Below are positions 1-8,980 of a stretch of DNA of 64,000 nucleotides, piece by piece; the stretch's first letter is position 1, and each line of letters opens with the position of its first letter. A program made the translations under genes and the position numbers. The DNA comes from an uncultured Thermoplasmatales archaeon. GTDB taxonomy: Archaea; Thermoplasmatota; E2; DHVEG-1. A model generated the notes under the pieces. That model searched no databases. It worked only from the letters and a program-made list of their open reading frames with translations, and was not told the origin of the DNA. The stretch spans positions 882-64,881 of the forward strand of contig CAZGIV010000001.1 of the NCBI GenBank assembly GCA_964526175.1, read 5' to 3'.

Positions 1-25
1 TCAACGGTTACCCATTGGTGTCGCG

Positions 26-532
26 TTGATTTCTGGTGCTTCTATCCAAATCCCAATTTTAGTTGAAATCAGAACCAGAGAGACCGATCATGGTGGGAAA
101 TCGGTCACCGTCTTCAAAGATATTGACCCATCCGAATATAAAGTGAAGATGCCAAAGATGCCTCCACCACCATCAAGACAGGAGGCAAAACCAGCGCAGA
201 AACCAGGAAATATCCAAAAGAATGTCACAGAGAAGGCAATAATGGTCAATCGGGTAGCAAAAAGACTTGGTTGGGTAAGTACTGATGATCCTGATGAGAC
301 CATAAAATTCCTTAGTGTAGAAGCAGAGGAAATGAAAGAGAATGTCTACAAGTATCTTGAGTCACTTGCACAACTCGGTGGTAACTTCTGTCATGAGGAA
401 AAACCAACCTGTCTGCAATGTCCAATGGCAAATGGCTGTCAATATCATATGTCTCATAATAAAAAGTCACGACATCAACTGCAGAAACAGGGGCTAGGGT
501 TATTTAAAAGAGATAAACAAAGGACCGTATGA
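26..532 (+). CDS. Probable 3' part of a longer gene: C-terminal endonuclease III/HhH-GPD-type [4Fe-4S] cluster loop (FCL) domain. The reading frame stays open back to position 2, so the true start is probably upstream of the window.
   Basis: C-terminal 85 aa match the EndoIII tail: VNRVAKRLGW...L...GNFC-HEEKPT-C-LQ-C-PMANG-C (C-x6-C-x2-C-x5-C). There are no stop codons between nt 2 and the TTG at 26. The preceding segment is Pro/Lys-rich and no HhH hairpin is seen. Confidence 0.35.
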   Translation: MISGASIQIPILVEIRTRETDHGGKSVTVFKDIDPSEYKVKMPKMPPPPSRQEAKPAQKPGNIQKNVTEKAIMVNRVAKRLGWVSTDDPDETIKFLSVEAEEMKENVYKYLESLAQLGGNFCHEEKPTCLQCPMANGCQYHMSHNKKSRHQLQKQGLGLFKRDKQRTV

Positions 533-1623
533 AAAAAAATACATGGTGGCTCTTCATCACCTGCATGCTTGTAGTAGTCGTTCTGTTATCTGGTTGTGAA
601 ATAATATATCCACCAGTCACCTACGAAGCTTCTCCAACTAGAATCAGCTATGATATTTCCTACGGATATCGAGTAAATAGTACTGGTAGGGGATTGTACG
701 AGATTACTTACTTTTGTGATACCCCTGAAGTTCTCATGGGATCTATTACGTATACGCTTCTCTATAATGATGAATACCAAACAAGAACCCTGTTGAATAA
801 TACCGTCATTCACTGGAACATTTCGAGTAAAGATGAAAAAACGTTTGAATTAGGAATAACGACACAGGTTGAAGCAGAAAGTTTTTTAGTCGCTGATCTG
901 AACGGAGAGGGTGCGTTAACAATTGGACAGATCAATGAGAGGTACCCTGAAATAATCAATCAATATACACGATTACAAGCCAATGAAACGATACGTTTTA
1001 TAGATCCCTACGATCCAGATATAACCACAATTGCTAATGAAGTTCTTTTAAACGCAAAGACGAACAATTCTTTTCTGTTAGCAAAATCATTGTTTTCCTG
1101 GCTGAAACAACATAATCAATACCAAACCCACCCTGATGAGAAAGTAGTACAATCAGCAGCGGTGACCTTAAGCAAAAAACAAGGGGATTGCGATGACCTC
1201 TCATTTCTTTACATTTCGCTTTGTAGAGCTCTTGGAATTCCTGCACGATTCATACAGGGATATCTATTAACAGAAAACATTGATGGATCTATCACTGCGG
1301 TTGCTCATGCATGGGTTGAGGTGTTTGTCGGTGGAACAGGCAGCCTTAACGGATGGATTCCTATAGAATGTGCTTGTTGTTCAAATTCTCTTAAGACCGA
1401 CGTCGATCAGAATTTTGGTCTTGAAAGTGCATTCCATCTGCGATTATTTACCGATGACGGGAGTAATGAATCGCTTGCATCCTCGCTTTCTGGAATCTCC
1501 TATATTTCATACTCACCTGATATAACCATTTCGCTTCAACCGTTTGTTGATATCCGTAACTATCAAGATCTTGAATCGAAAAAACTCGTCATTACAGAAA
1601 ATAACATACGGCATTACGAATAA
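529..1623 (+). CDS. Secreted or membrane-anchored transglutaminase-like cysteine protease fold protein
   Basis: N-terminal hydrophobic signal/TM (WWLFITCMLVVVVLLSGC). Transglutaminase-like core is present: QGDCDDLSFLYISLCRALGIPARF (catalytic Cys), then HAWVEVF (His) and a downstream Asp. Many N-x-S/T sequons. Confidence 0.6.
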   Translation: MKKNTWWLFITCMLVVVVLLSGCEIIYPPVTYEASPTRISYDISYGYRVNSTGRGLYEITYFCDTPEVLMGSITYTLLYNDEYQTRTLLNNTVIHWNISSKDEKTFELGITTQVEAESFLVADLNGEGALTIGQINERYPEIINQYTRLQANETIRFIDPYDPDITTIANEVLLNAKTNNSFLLAKSLFSWLKQHNQYQTHPDEKVVQSAAVTLSKKQGDCDDLSFLYISLCRALGIPARFIQGYLLTENIDGSITAVAHAWVEVFVGGTGSLNGWIPIECACCSNSLKTDVDQNFGLESAFHLRLFTDDGSNESLASSLSGISYISYSPDITISLQPFVDIRNYQDLESKKLVITENNIRHYE

Positions 1624-1667
1624 ATCTCAAAAACAAAAACATTATTTCTCAGTACGGGTTTCAGACA

Positions 1668-2327
1668 ATGCGTGGTTGTGATTTTTTGGTCGATGACGAA
1701 ACCGCAGAAGAATTTACCGTATACATGAAAAAATTCATGGATATGTACATTTTTCTTTCAAAAATCGTAAAAAATCATACAATAGCATCACACCCAATCA
1801 TTCTTGACCTTGGTTGCGGACCAGGATTACTTTCCATTGAAATACTAAAACAGATTACAGATGCTATAGTAATTGGTGTGGACCCACTGATAAAGATGTT
1901 ATCATTAGCAAGAGATAACAGAGATAGGTCTGGTGTTCAAATATTCGAACCCGTCCTTGGCCTCTCAGAAAAAATCCCTTTGAAAGATAGAAGTATCGAT
2001 ACAATTGTAAGTCGATTTAGTCTACCATACTGGAAACATCCAGAGGATAGTTTTTTGGAAATACACCGTGTGTTAAAACTAAATGGGAAAATCATAGTCG
2101 AAGCATTAAATCGGGATTTCCCGAAATGGAAACTCTTCTGTATTCGCATTGGTATGTTGCTCAATCGTGCGGGACGAGATGTTACCAAGTATCACGTTGA
2201 TGCCTATAAATCAGCACATACGCAGGAAGAAGTAGAGATGTTTCTTAAAAAATCAGGCTTTGTTATTGTTAATAAAGAAGGGAAGAAAAACGAATGGAAA
2301 TTTATCATGGTTGCCGAGAAAAAATAG
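1668..2327 (+). CDS. Class I SAM-dependent methyltransferase
   Basis: Motif I ILDLGCGPGLLS, post-I GVDP, motif II DTIVSRFSLPYW, motif III LKLNGKIIV. The real start may be the internal Met (MKKFMDMY). Confidence 0.6.
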   Translation: MRGCDFLVDDETAEEFTVYMKKFMDMYIFLSKIVKNHTIASHPIILDLGCGPGLLSIEILKQITDAIVIGVDPLIKMLSLARDNRDRSGVQIFEPVLGLSEKIPLKDRSIDTIVSRFSLPYWKHPEDSFLEIHRVLKLNGKIIVEALNRDFPKWKLFCIRIGMLLNRAGRDVTKYHVDAYKSAHTQEEVEMFLKKSGFVIVNKEGKKNEWKFIMVAEKK

Positions 2328-2376
2328 TCTTTTATTTATAATTATTACTATTATATATTATATTATTATATTTTAT

Positions 2377-2393
2377 ACAAAAGGTATAAATAG
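2377..2393 (+). promoter_or_regulatory. Archaeal BRE/TATA promoter element (aaaaGGTATAAATAG) about 30 nt upstream of the ATG at 2422
   Basis: Purine-rich BRE followed by the TATA box GTATAAAT at the expected distance from the start codon, in an AT-rich intergenic region. Confidence 0.45.
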
Positions 2394-2421
2394 TTTACAA
2401 ATGTAATATTTCAATAGATAT

Positions 2422-3735
2422 ATGAAAATCGATTCAAAAATAAAAATTCGCTCAAAGAAACTACTAGCAGTAAGTATAATTCTTATTTGTAGTTTACCTC
2501 TATCTTCTTTAGTAGGGACCAGTGTAAAAAGCCTTGAAAGTAATAAAAATAATGCACCTCTGAATATAGGAGAACAAGATCTTTATCTTCTCCGCGTCGA
2601 ACATTATTTATATGTCAATGCTTCAGATGATGTCGGGATTTTTCATATAAGATTTTCATTTCCACCAGATTATGCATATCAAGTTCCTTTGCTGTTAGAG
2701 CTCAACAATGATAGCACTCCGTTAGCAATAGTACATTATGATATCGAAAATGATACGTTACCACCAAATAAAATTATTAATTTTACTTTAAGCCCAATGA
2801 AAAAAGGCGACAGCGTTTTACTCCATTTCTCCTGTTGGGTTCTTTTGAAAAATCATGATTTCAGTGATCTCCCAGCCTATGTGAAAATCCCAAAAAAATA
2901 TCAATTACCAGAAGACACGAAACTATGGCTAGTCTCTACCAAAGAAGTTCAGCTCCATAGTCTCCTTATTCGAAATAAAGCACAACAATTACATGGATTG
3001 AGTGATAATCTTATTCGATATGCTGGTAGAATCGCACCTTTTATCAAAAACCATAGATATGTTTTCTTTGTCTTTGGACTACGAACCGGGTTGTTACTCT
3101 CTCAAGACGCACGAACAACGTTACTGATTAACGGAGAGAATGTTGGAAGATCCCACCTGGCATGTGCCTTTTTTAGAACATACCATATTCCAGCACGAGT
3201 TTTGCTTGTGAATAATGATCAAGGATTCTGGACACAAATGCATTACATGGTCGAATATTATTGTCCAGGATATGGATGGGTACTGCTGGAAACAACCAAA
3301 GGAATATCACCATACGCGACCTACCATCAGGTGATAAACAGAGTGTGTTACCCACAAGATGAGGAAGACACGAAAAATGACTATATTTTTCCGTTTATGA
3401 CTGGAGAAGAACGATGGTTATGGATAGATACTGAGTATGTTTTTCCCTATTATGTCGATTGTACTACTGGAAGCAAGAGTCAAATGTTCACTGAAATGCA
3501 CGTCTCCACAGATCAAATGATCGCAGATTATGCGTTTGTGTTGACTCAGATGGTGTTTCGTCAATATCAAGGATTTCTAGGGAGGAACTTTAGTAGTGAA
3601 AACCAAGAGCATTTCCAAAATGCCATTATGTATCAACAACAAGCGATCCTTACGTTAAAACAATCTCAGGACCTTGATGGCTACCTTACCTTTCTGAATA
3701 TGGCATACGATGAATATCAAGATATCCATAGGTAA
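2422..3735 (+). CDS. Secreted transglutaminase-like superfamily protein, paralog of the 529-1623 gene
   Basis: N-terminal signal peptide (LLAVSIILICSLPLSSLVG). Core GRSHLACAFFRTYHIPARVLLV...GWVLLE resembles the transglutaminase Cys/His core. A BRE/TATA promoter lies 30 nt upstream. Confidence 0.5.
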   Translation: MKIDSKIKIRSKKLLAVSIILICSLPLSSLVGTSVKSLESNKNNAPLNIGEQDLYLLRVEHYLYVNASDDVGIFHIRFSFPPDYAYQVPLLLELNNDSTPLAIVHYDIENDTLPPNKIINFTLSPMKKGDSVLLHFSCWVLLKNHDFSDLPAYVKIPKKYQLPEDTKLWLVSTKEVQLHSLLIRNKAQQLHGLSDNLIRYAGRIAPFIKNHRYVFFVFGLRTGLLLSQDARTTLLINGENVGRSHLACAFFRTYHIPARVLLVNNDQGFWTQMHYMVEYYCPGYGWVLLETTKGISPYATYHQVINRVCYPQDEEDTKNDYIFPFMTGEERWLWIDTEYVFPYYVDCTTGSKSQMFTEMHVSTDQMIADYAFVLTQMVFRQYQGFLGRNFSSENQEHFQNAIMYQQQAILTLKQSQDLDGYLTFLNMAYDEYQDIHR

Positions 3736-3913
3736 AAATTTTTTAATACTCGCCAATTAAAAACCCGAACGCATAATGTCTCTGTCGTTTCTCAGAAAAA
3801 CTAGGTTTTTTCGTTTGGCTATCTTTTACCTGTGTTTGTTTTTTGATATGCTTCTTTGCCATAGTGATTGTCTCCTATGATTTGTTGTTGTCAAGAGTAT
3901 ATATAAAGATACG

Positions 3914-4726
3914 GTGGGAGAATGTCAAAATGGAAAATACAATTCATCATTACATTTATTAGTCTCTGAAAGTATTGACATGCCCATGGTCGAAAATGAA
4001 CAGAAGCGAAAAAAAACACCACGACCGTTGCGGTCATATTTCTTCCCACTTATTTCTTCGATTATTTTTATCGTAGGACTCATTCCAGTAATGGTGGTGT
4101 TCTTTTTACTCCATCGTTTTTTCCATTATTTTGCGTTTAGTACATTTTGGCATTTTCTCCTACTGCCACTAATTGTTTATCTTGGAGCAATTCTTTTAAT
4201 CCTCTCTGAGCTCTATATCACCGGTGGTATCATACGGCTTTTCCAGATCACCTACCAACCAGGAACCCATGAGTATTCATTTAGAAATAAAAATACCAGC
4301 AAATGGACACTGATCTGTGTTCTATATACTCCCTTTAGAAAATTCCTTGAAATATTTCCTCTCGGCCGGATAAAACAATCTTATTTAAAACTTCTTGGTA
4401 TGAAAATCGGAAAAAACTCACTTGTTGGAGGCGTAATCAAAGACCCCTGTCTTACAGAATTTGGAAATAATGTTACCATGGGAGAATATGCAATCATCTA
4501 TGGTCATATTCACAACATGCAATTTGAGACTATTTTCATGGATAAAATACGGGTAGGTAACAATTGTGTGATCGGTGCCGGAGCCATCATTATGCCAGGA
4601 GCGATTCTTGAAGATGATGTCATTGTTGCAGCTGGTGCTGTAGTTACCAAAGGTCAATTACTAATAAAAGGTAAAACATATGGTGGAATACCCGCAAAGG
4701 AACTGACGAAAAAGGCCATGGAGTAA
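3914..4726 (+). CDS. Membrane-anchored hexapeptide-repeat (left-handed beta-helix) acyl/acetyltransferase
   Basis: N-terminal TM helices (FFPLISSIIFIVGLIPVMVVFFLL..., LLLPLIVYLGAILLILSELYI). C-terminal hexapeptide repeats: IGKNSLVGGVI...VGNNCVIGAGAIIMPGAILEDDVIVAAGAVV. The start is possibly at the internal MPMVENEQ. Confidence 0.55.
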   Translation: MGECQNGKYNSSLHLLVSESIDMPMVENEQKRKKTPRPLRSYFFPLISSIIFIVGLIPVMVVFFLLHRFFHYFAFSTFWHFLLLPLIVYLGAILLILSELYITGGIIRLFQITYQPGTHEYSFRNKNTSKWTLICVLYTPFRKFLEIFPLGRIKQSYLKLLGMKIGKNSLVGGVIKDPCLTEFGNNVTMGEYAIIYGHIHNMQFETIFMDKIRVGNNCVIGAGAIIMPGAILEDDVIVAAGAVVTKGQLLIKGKTYGGIPAKELTKKAME

Positions 4727-4777
4727 ATATTTAAATACATAACGTTTATATATTATTCTAATAAAAGGGGATATAAT

Positions 4778-5617
4778 ATGAAAAAAATAATAATACTTTC
4801 AATAGCGGCATTACTTTTTATTTCGCCGTTCGTAGCAGCTTCAACTATGACCACCCCACAGAAAACACAATCTCAAGGCCCAATAACAAGTGCAACAACA
4901 GACTTCACTCATACTGTTTTTATCGAAGAAGGAACGACGACCTGGTGCCCAAGCTGTCCAAATGCTGCAGAGGCGTTATATTCTTTATATAATTCCTCAG
5001 AATATCCCTTCTATTTTGTTGCGTTGGTATTGAATCAAAACCCGCTCGCACAAAATCGTTTTTGGGGACATTATCGAGGAACGGCGATTCCGACTATCTT
5101 TTTTGATGGTGGATTCAACCAAACAGTTGGCTCAGGAACAACTCCACAACAAACTGAGCAGATTTATCGTCCATTCATTGAAGGAGCTGGTGCAAGAGTA
5201 GCTCATCCCTTAGAACTGACCACGAATGTAACCGGTCATGGAGACGCAACGTTGGATATTACAGTAACAGTGAAAAACACTGGTTCCAAACCATATTTTG
5301 GATATGTCAGATCATACGTAACAGAGATAATCTCACGATGGACAAACTATCATGGAGACCCCTACCATTTCGGGTTCCTTGATTATGCGATAAAAAAAGT
5401 CGTGTTCCTTGCTCCACAAAAATCACGAACCTATACCATGACCTGGGATGGTGCAGCCCAACATGGAAATCTCACGTTCCTAGATATTACTGACAACAAC
5501 ATTATGGTGATAACAACCGTCGCTCACTGGCTACCTCATCTTGTCACTAAAGTCGAATACATTGGGACACATTTTGCGTTCTATATTGATCAAACCGCCG
5601 GAGCAACCGTAGAATAA
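4778..5617 (+). CDS. Secreted thioredoxin-fold protein with a WCPSCP redox motif
   Basis: Signal peptide (MKKIIILSIAALLFISPFVAAS), Thr-rich linker, thioredoxin-like CxxC (TWCPSCP). An SD-like aaaGGGGatataatATG precedes the start. Confidence 0.5.
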   Translation: MKKIIILSIAALLFISPFVAASTMTTPQKTQSQGPITSATTDFTHTVFIEEGTTTWCPSCPNAAEALYSLYNSSEYPFYFVALVLNQNPLAQNRFWGHYRGTAIPTIFFDGGFNQTVGSGTTPQQTEQIYRPFIEGAGARVAHPLELTTNVTGHGDATLDITVTVKNTGSKPYFGYVRSYVTEIISRWTNYHGDPYHFGFLDYAIKKVVFLAPQKSRTYTMTWDGAAQHGNLTFLDITDNNIMVITTVAHWLPHLVTKVEYIGTHFAFYIDQTAGATVE

Positions 5618-5736
5618 ACCAGGATGTTAACTGACGACTATAAGAATGCATTTTATCAATAGAAATAGCAGGGAATATATTTATAATCCATCTTTATTTT
5701 TGCCTATATACGAGTAGCTAGAATCCCGGTGAAATT

Positions 5737-6465
5737 ATGAGTATAGACCGATATAGAAGACAAACCCTAGTTGAGGAGTTAGGTCAGAAAGGTCAAGAAC
5801 TTCTAGCTAAAAAACATGCGATTGTCATTGGCGCTGGAGGACTAGGGAGCAACAGTGCAAATCTGCTTGTACGCATGGGCATCGGAAATATTGATATTAT
5901 TGATGACGACATCGTTGATATCACCAATCTTCATCGAACATCAGTGTTTTCAGAACATGATATTGGTAAGTCTAAAGCATTGATTGTTCAGGAGAAACTA
6001 CAACCAGTAAACACAATGGTACATGTGAAAGGAATTAACCAGAAAGTAACATCAGAAAACATTGATTCTCTCGTACGACACGCTGACGTGATAATTGATG
6101 GTACTGACAATATACCTCTTCGTTTACTTATCAACAAGGTATCAATACAATACAAAACACCATGGGTTTACGCAGGAGTGTATGGAACGGTTGGAATGGT
6201 GATGGGGATTCTTCCAAAAAAGACACCATGCTTCCAGTGCATCACCCAGGACACCCTGGATTTAAGTGCTCATGAGATACCGGTGCTTGGCAGTCTTCCA
6301 GCAACGATTGCAGCAATCCAAAGCAACGAGACAATAAAAGTACTTCTTGGGAGACAACCGTCTGGATTAATCATCTACGATGTATGGAATCAATGTTTTG
6401 ACACGCTGGATATTAAAAGAAACCCTAACTGTCCAATGTGTGGAAAAAAGAATAAAATGAATTAA
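5737..6465 (+). CDS. ThiF/MoeB/HesA-family E1-like adenylyltransferase with a C-terminal Zn ribbon
   Basis: VIGAGGLGSNSANLLVRMGIGNIDIIDDDIVDITNLHRT is the Rossmann/ATP motif of the ThiF/MoeB/E1 family. C-terminal CFQC...CPMC. The stop codon overlaps the start of the next gene (TAATG). Confidence 0.7.
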   Translation: MSIDRYRRQTLVEELGQKGQELLAKKHAIVIGAGGLGSNSANLLVRMGIGNIDIIDDDIVDITNLHRTSVFSEHDIGKSKALIVQEKLQPVNTMVHVKGINQKVTSENIDSLVRHADVIIDGTDNIPLRLLINKVSIQYKTPWVYAGVYGTVGMVMGILPKKTPCFQCITQDTLDLSAHEIPVLGSLPATIAAIQSNETIKVLLGRQPSGLIIYDVWNQCFDTLDIKRNPNCPMCGKKNKMN

Positions 6466-6731
6466 TGAAAAGAACGAATTCTATGAAAATAACCGTAAGA
6501 TTATTTGGACGATACAAAGACATCGCCGGTAAAGAAAAGATACACCTCGATATCACCGACGGTAACACCCTACGAGACGTTGTTGATGTTTTTGTGAGAC
6601 AATACCCGATGGTAGCAATAGATAAAAGTAGGATGATGATAACAAAAAACAAAATGTATGCTTCATTCGAAACCACTATTACTGAAGAAGACGAGATTAC
6701 TCTATCTCCGCCCGTGGTGTCTGGTGGATAA
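6465..6731 (+). CDS. ThiS/MoaD-like beta-grasp protein ending in Gly-Gly (small archaeal modifier protein or sulfur-carrier type)
   Basis: 88 aa, C-terminal ...PPVVSGG-stop. Translationally coupled to the upstream E1-like gene by a one-nucleotide TAATG overlap. Confidence 0.55.
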   Translation: MKRTNSMKITVRLFGRYKDIAGKEKIHLDITDGNTLRDVVDVFVRQYPMVAIDKSRMMITKNKMYASFETTITEEDEITLSPPVVSGG

Positions 6732-6736
6732 ACTTC

Positions 6737-7996
6737 ATGAAAAAGAATCAGTATTTAACAATGGGAATTTTCTTTTTTCTGCTTTTCCTCTTTACCACAT
6801 CGGTTGTGGCAGAAAATCAAGTGATAGTAGATTTTTATTATTCTGAGACCTGTGGTTCCTGTAAACCAGCGATTGCAATTATTAATAATATAACAGAGTA
6901 CTACGCGGAGAATTACATAGGAAAAGTAATCATCCAAAAAAAAGAGGTCAGCTCAAATGCAACCAACCGCAATGAAATGTATGCCAGAAAACTTAGCTTC
7001 CCCTCTGTGATAATCAACAACGAAACAAAAATCCCTAAAGCGAATATTACATACGAAAATATGGTAATCGTCATTGATGGATACATTACGGAGCTTGGTA
7101 TTGACCAACCATTTAATGAAATGATTCTGTATCTACCCATCATTGGAAGAGTCGATCTTTCCAGCCTCTCTTTACCAGTTCTAACGATTGTGCTTGGTGG
7201 ACTAGATAGCTTTAATCCTTGTTCCTTTTTTATCCTGATCTTTCTTCTGAACCTCTTATTATATCTGCGTTCAAAACGACGGATGTTACTGGTTGGCTGT
7301 ATTTTCATCTTCGTCTCAGGGTTTTTCTATTTCCTGTTTATGTTTGTCATGTTTAATATGCTGTTAATCACAGCTACGTATGTTAGTATAATTTCTTTTA
7401 TCGCAGGATTCATCGCACTTGCGATTGGTATTGTTAATATCAAAGACTTCTTTTTATTCAAAAAAGGACCTAGTTTGAGTATCCCTGAAGAAAAACGAGC
7501 GTTGACATTCAAGAGAATGCGAAACCTTGTGAAAGCACCGTCACTTTTCGCAATGCTTGGTGGAACGATCTTTCTTGCGGTTACCGTCAATTTCTATGAG
7601 CTGCTGTGTACCCTTGGCTTCCCTTTGATTTTTACCAGCAGATTAACTGAATTACAGCTTCCATTAGCTCAATACTATCTGTATATCTTTTTTTACAATG
7701 TGGTGTACGTAATTCCGCTTATCATCATTTTACTTATTTTCACATTCACGTTAGGGACCTTGAAGCTATCTGAATGGCAAGGCAAGAGACTGAAACTGCT
7801 CTCAGGGATAATGATCTTCTCGTTTGGATTATTTTTCATTATTGACTATCAGCTATTAGAAAATGTAACAACTCCAATCGCATTACTTGGACTAAGTATC
7901 CTCCTAACGATCGTGATTTCATATCTCTGGAAACGATATAAGAAAGAGTCAGAGGTACAACAATCAGAACAGCAATCCTCTAACGAAAACCCGTAA
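6737..7996 (+). CDS. Fusion of an N-terminal thioredoxin-like domain with a CcdA/DsbD-family transmembrane thiol-disulfide electron transporter
   Basis: Signal peptide followed by a CxxC (SETCGSCKPA). Polytopic membrane domain has two conserved TM cysteines in CcdA-like context (LGGLDSFNPCSF and ELLCTLGFPL). Confidence 0.55.
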   Translation: MKKNQYLTMGIFFFLLFLFTTSVVAENQVIVDFYYSETCGSCKPAIAIINNITEYYAENYIGKVIIQKKEVSSNATNRNEMYARKLSFPSVIINNETKIPKANITYENMVIVIDGYITELGIDQPFNEMILYLPIIGRVDLSSLSLPVLTIVLGGLDSFNPCSFFILIFLLNLLLYLRSKRRMLLVGCIFIFVSGFFYFLFMFVMFNMLLITATYVSIISFIAGFIALAIGIVNIKDFFLFKKGPSLSIPEEKRALTFKRMRNLVKAPSLFAMLGGTIFLAVTVNFYELLCTLGFPLIFTSRLTELQLPLAQYYLYIFFYNVVYVIPLIIILLIFTFTLGTLKLSEWQGKRLKLLSGIMIFSFGLFFIIDYQLLENVTTPIALLGLSILLTIVISYLWKRYKKESEVQQSEQQSSNENP

Positions 7997-8022
7997 TTTC
8001 TTCTCATCGTTAGTTACTCAAA

Positions 8023-8035
8023 TTTTTTTTATTTT
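8023..8035 (+). terminator. Oligo-T tract (T8 then ATTTT), an archaeal-type intrinsic terminator after the gene ending at 7996
   Basis: A T-run lies immediately downstream of the stop codon in a convergent intergenic region. The minus-strand gene ending at 8184 has its own T-run (A-run on the plus strand near 8140-8155). Confidence 0.35.
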
Positions 8036-8183
8036 AAAGACATACGACGCAGAGTATAGGTCGATATCTTACTTCGATAGAAAAAAACCATACTATTAAC
8101 TTACAAAGTTTCCCTATACAAAAATTTATTTGTTTTTGTAAAAATATAAAAAAGGGAAAAGAGAAGAAGAAGAGAGCGTATTT

Positions 8184-8906
8184 CTAAAGGTCCCCAGGAA
8201 ATGCTCCAGTTAACAAAGCGTACTCCTCGAAGTCTTCTACCCAGTCAAACTCTTTGTCAACATCGCTTTCAGAAATTTTCTTGGCATGCTCAGTAAAATG
8301 TTTTTCTTGCTCTTCGATTAATTTTTCCAGAGGAGCAAACCGTTTTGCTTTCACGACAGGATAGAAAAGAACTGAATCGGCTCCTTCCAGACTGCGTATT
8401 TTCTCCCGAACGAATTTATTCACGGTTTCCGGAGAGTCAGCACCGACATTCATCACAAGGTCTTCATCCCCTAAAGAATAGGAGATATAGATGGGGAAAA
8501 GATTGAACGAATATTTGTAGTCAATTAAATAATTATAGATCGATTTGTAATTTCTAGGATGAGTGTAGATACGAATCACATATCGATGAATGGTTGCTGG
8601 TTTCTTCTTGGGTATTGGGAAAAAAACGGGTTTCATAAGCGAGACAGTACTTGTGTGGTGACACTCTGAACATTTTGAGAGATCCTCAACAAGGAAATGC
8701 GCGATGTCATCTGGATCTTTGACTTCGAAAACAACAGCGACGCTCATCATTCCTTCTGCTTGCGTTGCATACAACGGTGTAATATATTTTGTTGTTTCTT
8801 CTTTCATGATATTGTTTTCTACATAGTTCCATATTTTGCTGAGATCGCTTCTTGGGGATAACCTTACAATTATCATCATAGAATATTCCTCCAAATATAA
8901 CCACAA
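8184..8906 (-). CDS. Stand-alone protein with two tandem Lrp/AsnC-type RAM (ligand-binding) domains, no HTH, and an acidic C-terminus
   Basis: Two segments each fit the RAM consensus, but only weakly: VIRIYTHPRN...LFPIYISYSLGDEDLVMNVGADSPETVNKFVREKIRSLEGADSVLFYPVV, and the earlier ...MSVAVVFEVKDPDDIAHFLVEDLSK.... No DNA-binding helix-turn-helix is seen. Confidence 0.3.
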   Translation of the reverse strand: MWLYLEEYSMMIIVRLSPRSDLSKIWNYVENNIMKEETTKYITPLYATQAEGMMSVAVVFEVKDPDDIAHFLVEDLSKCSECHHTSTVSLMKPVFFPIPKKKPATIHRYVIRIYTHPRNYKSIYNYLIDYKYSFNLFPIYISYSLGDEDLVMNVGADSPETVNKFVREKIRSLEGADSVLFYPVVKAKRFAPLEKLIEEQEKHFTEHAKKISESDVDKEFDWVEDFEEYALLTGAFPGDL

Positions 8907-8980
8907 ATTAATTTGAAACCGGTATAAGGGGTTATACTATAAATATCTTTGTAAAAATCTAATCTGTTTTTTCTTAAGAG

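Noticed and set aside
6658-6937. Short ORFs 6658-6846 (+) and 6755-6937 (-) overlapping the ThiS-like and Trx-CcdA gene junction
   Set aside because: They are out of frame with well-supported genes, have no motifs and are typical AT-rich spurious ORFs.
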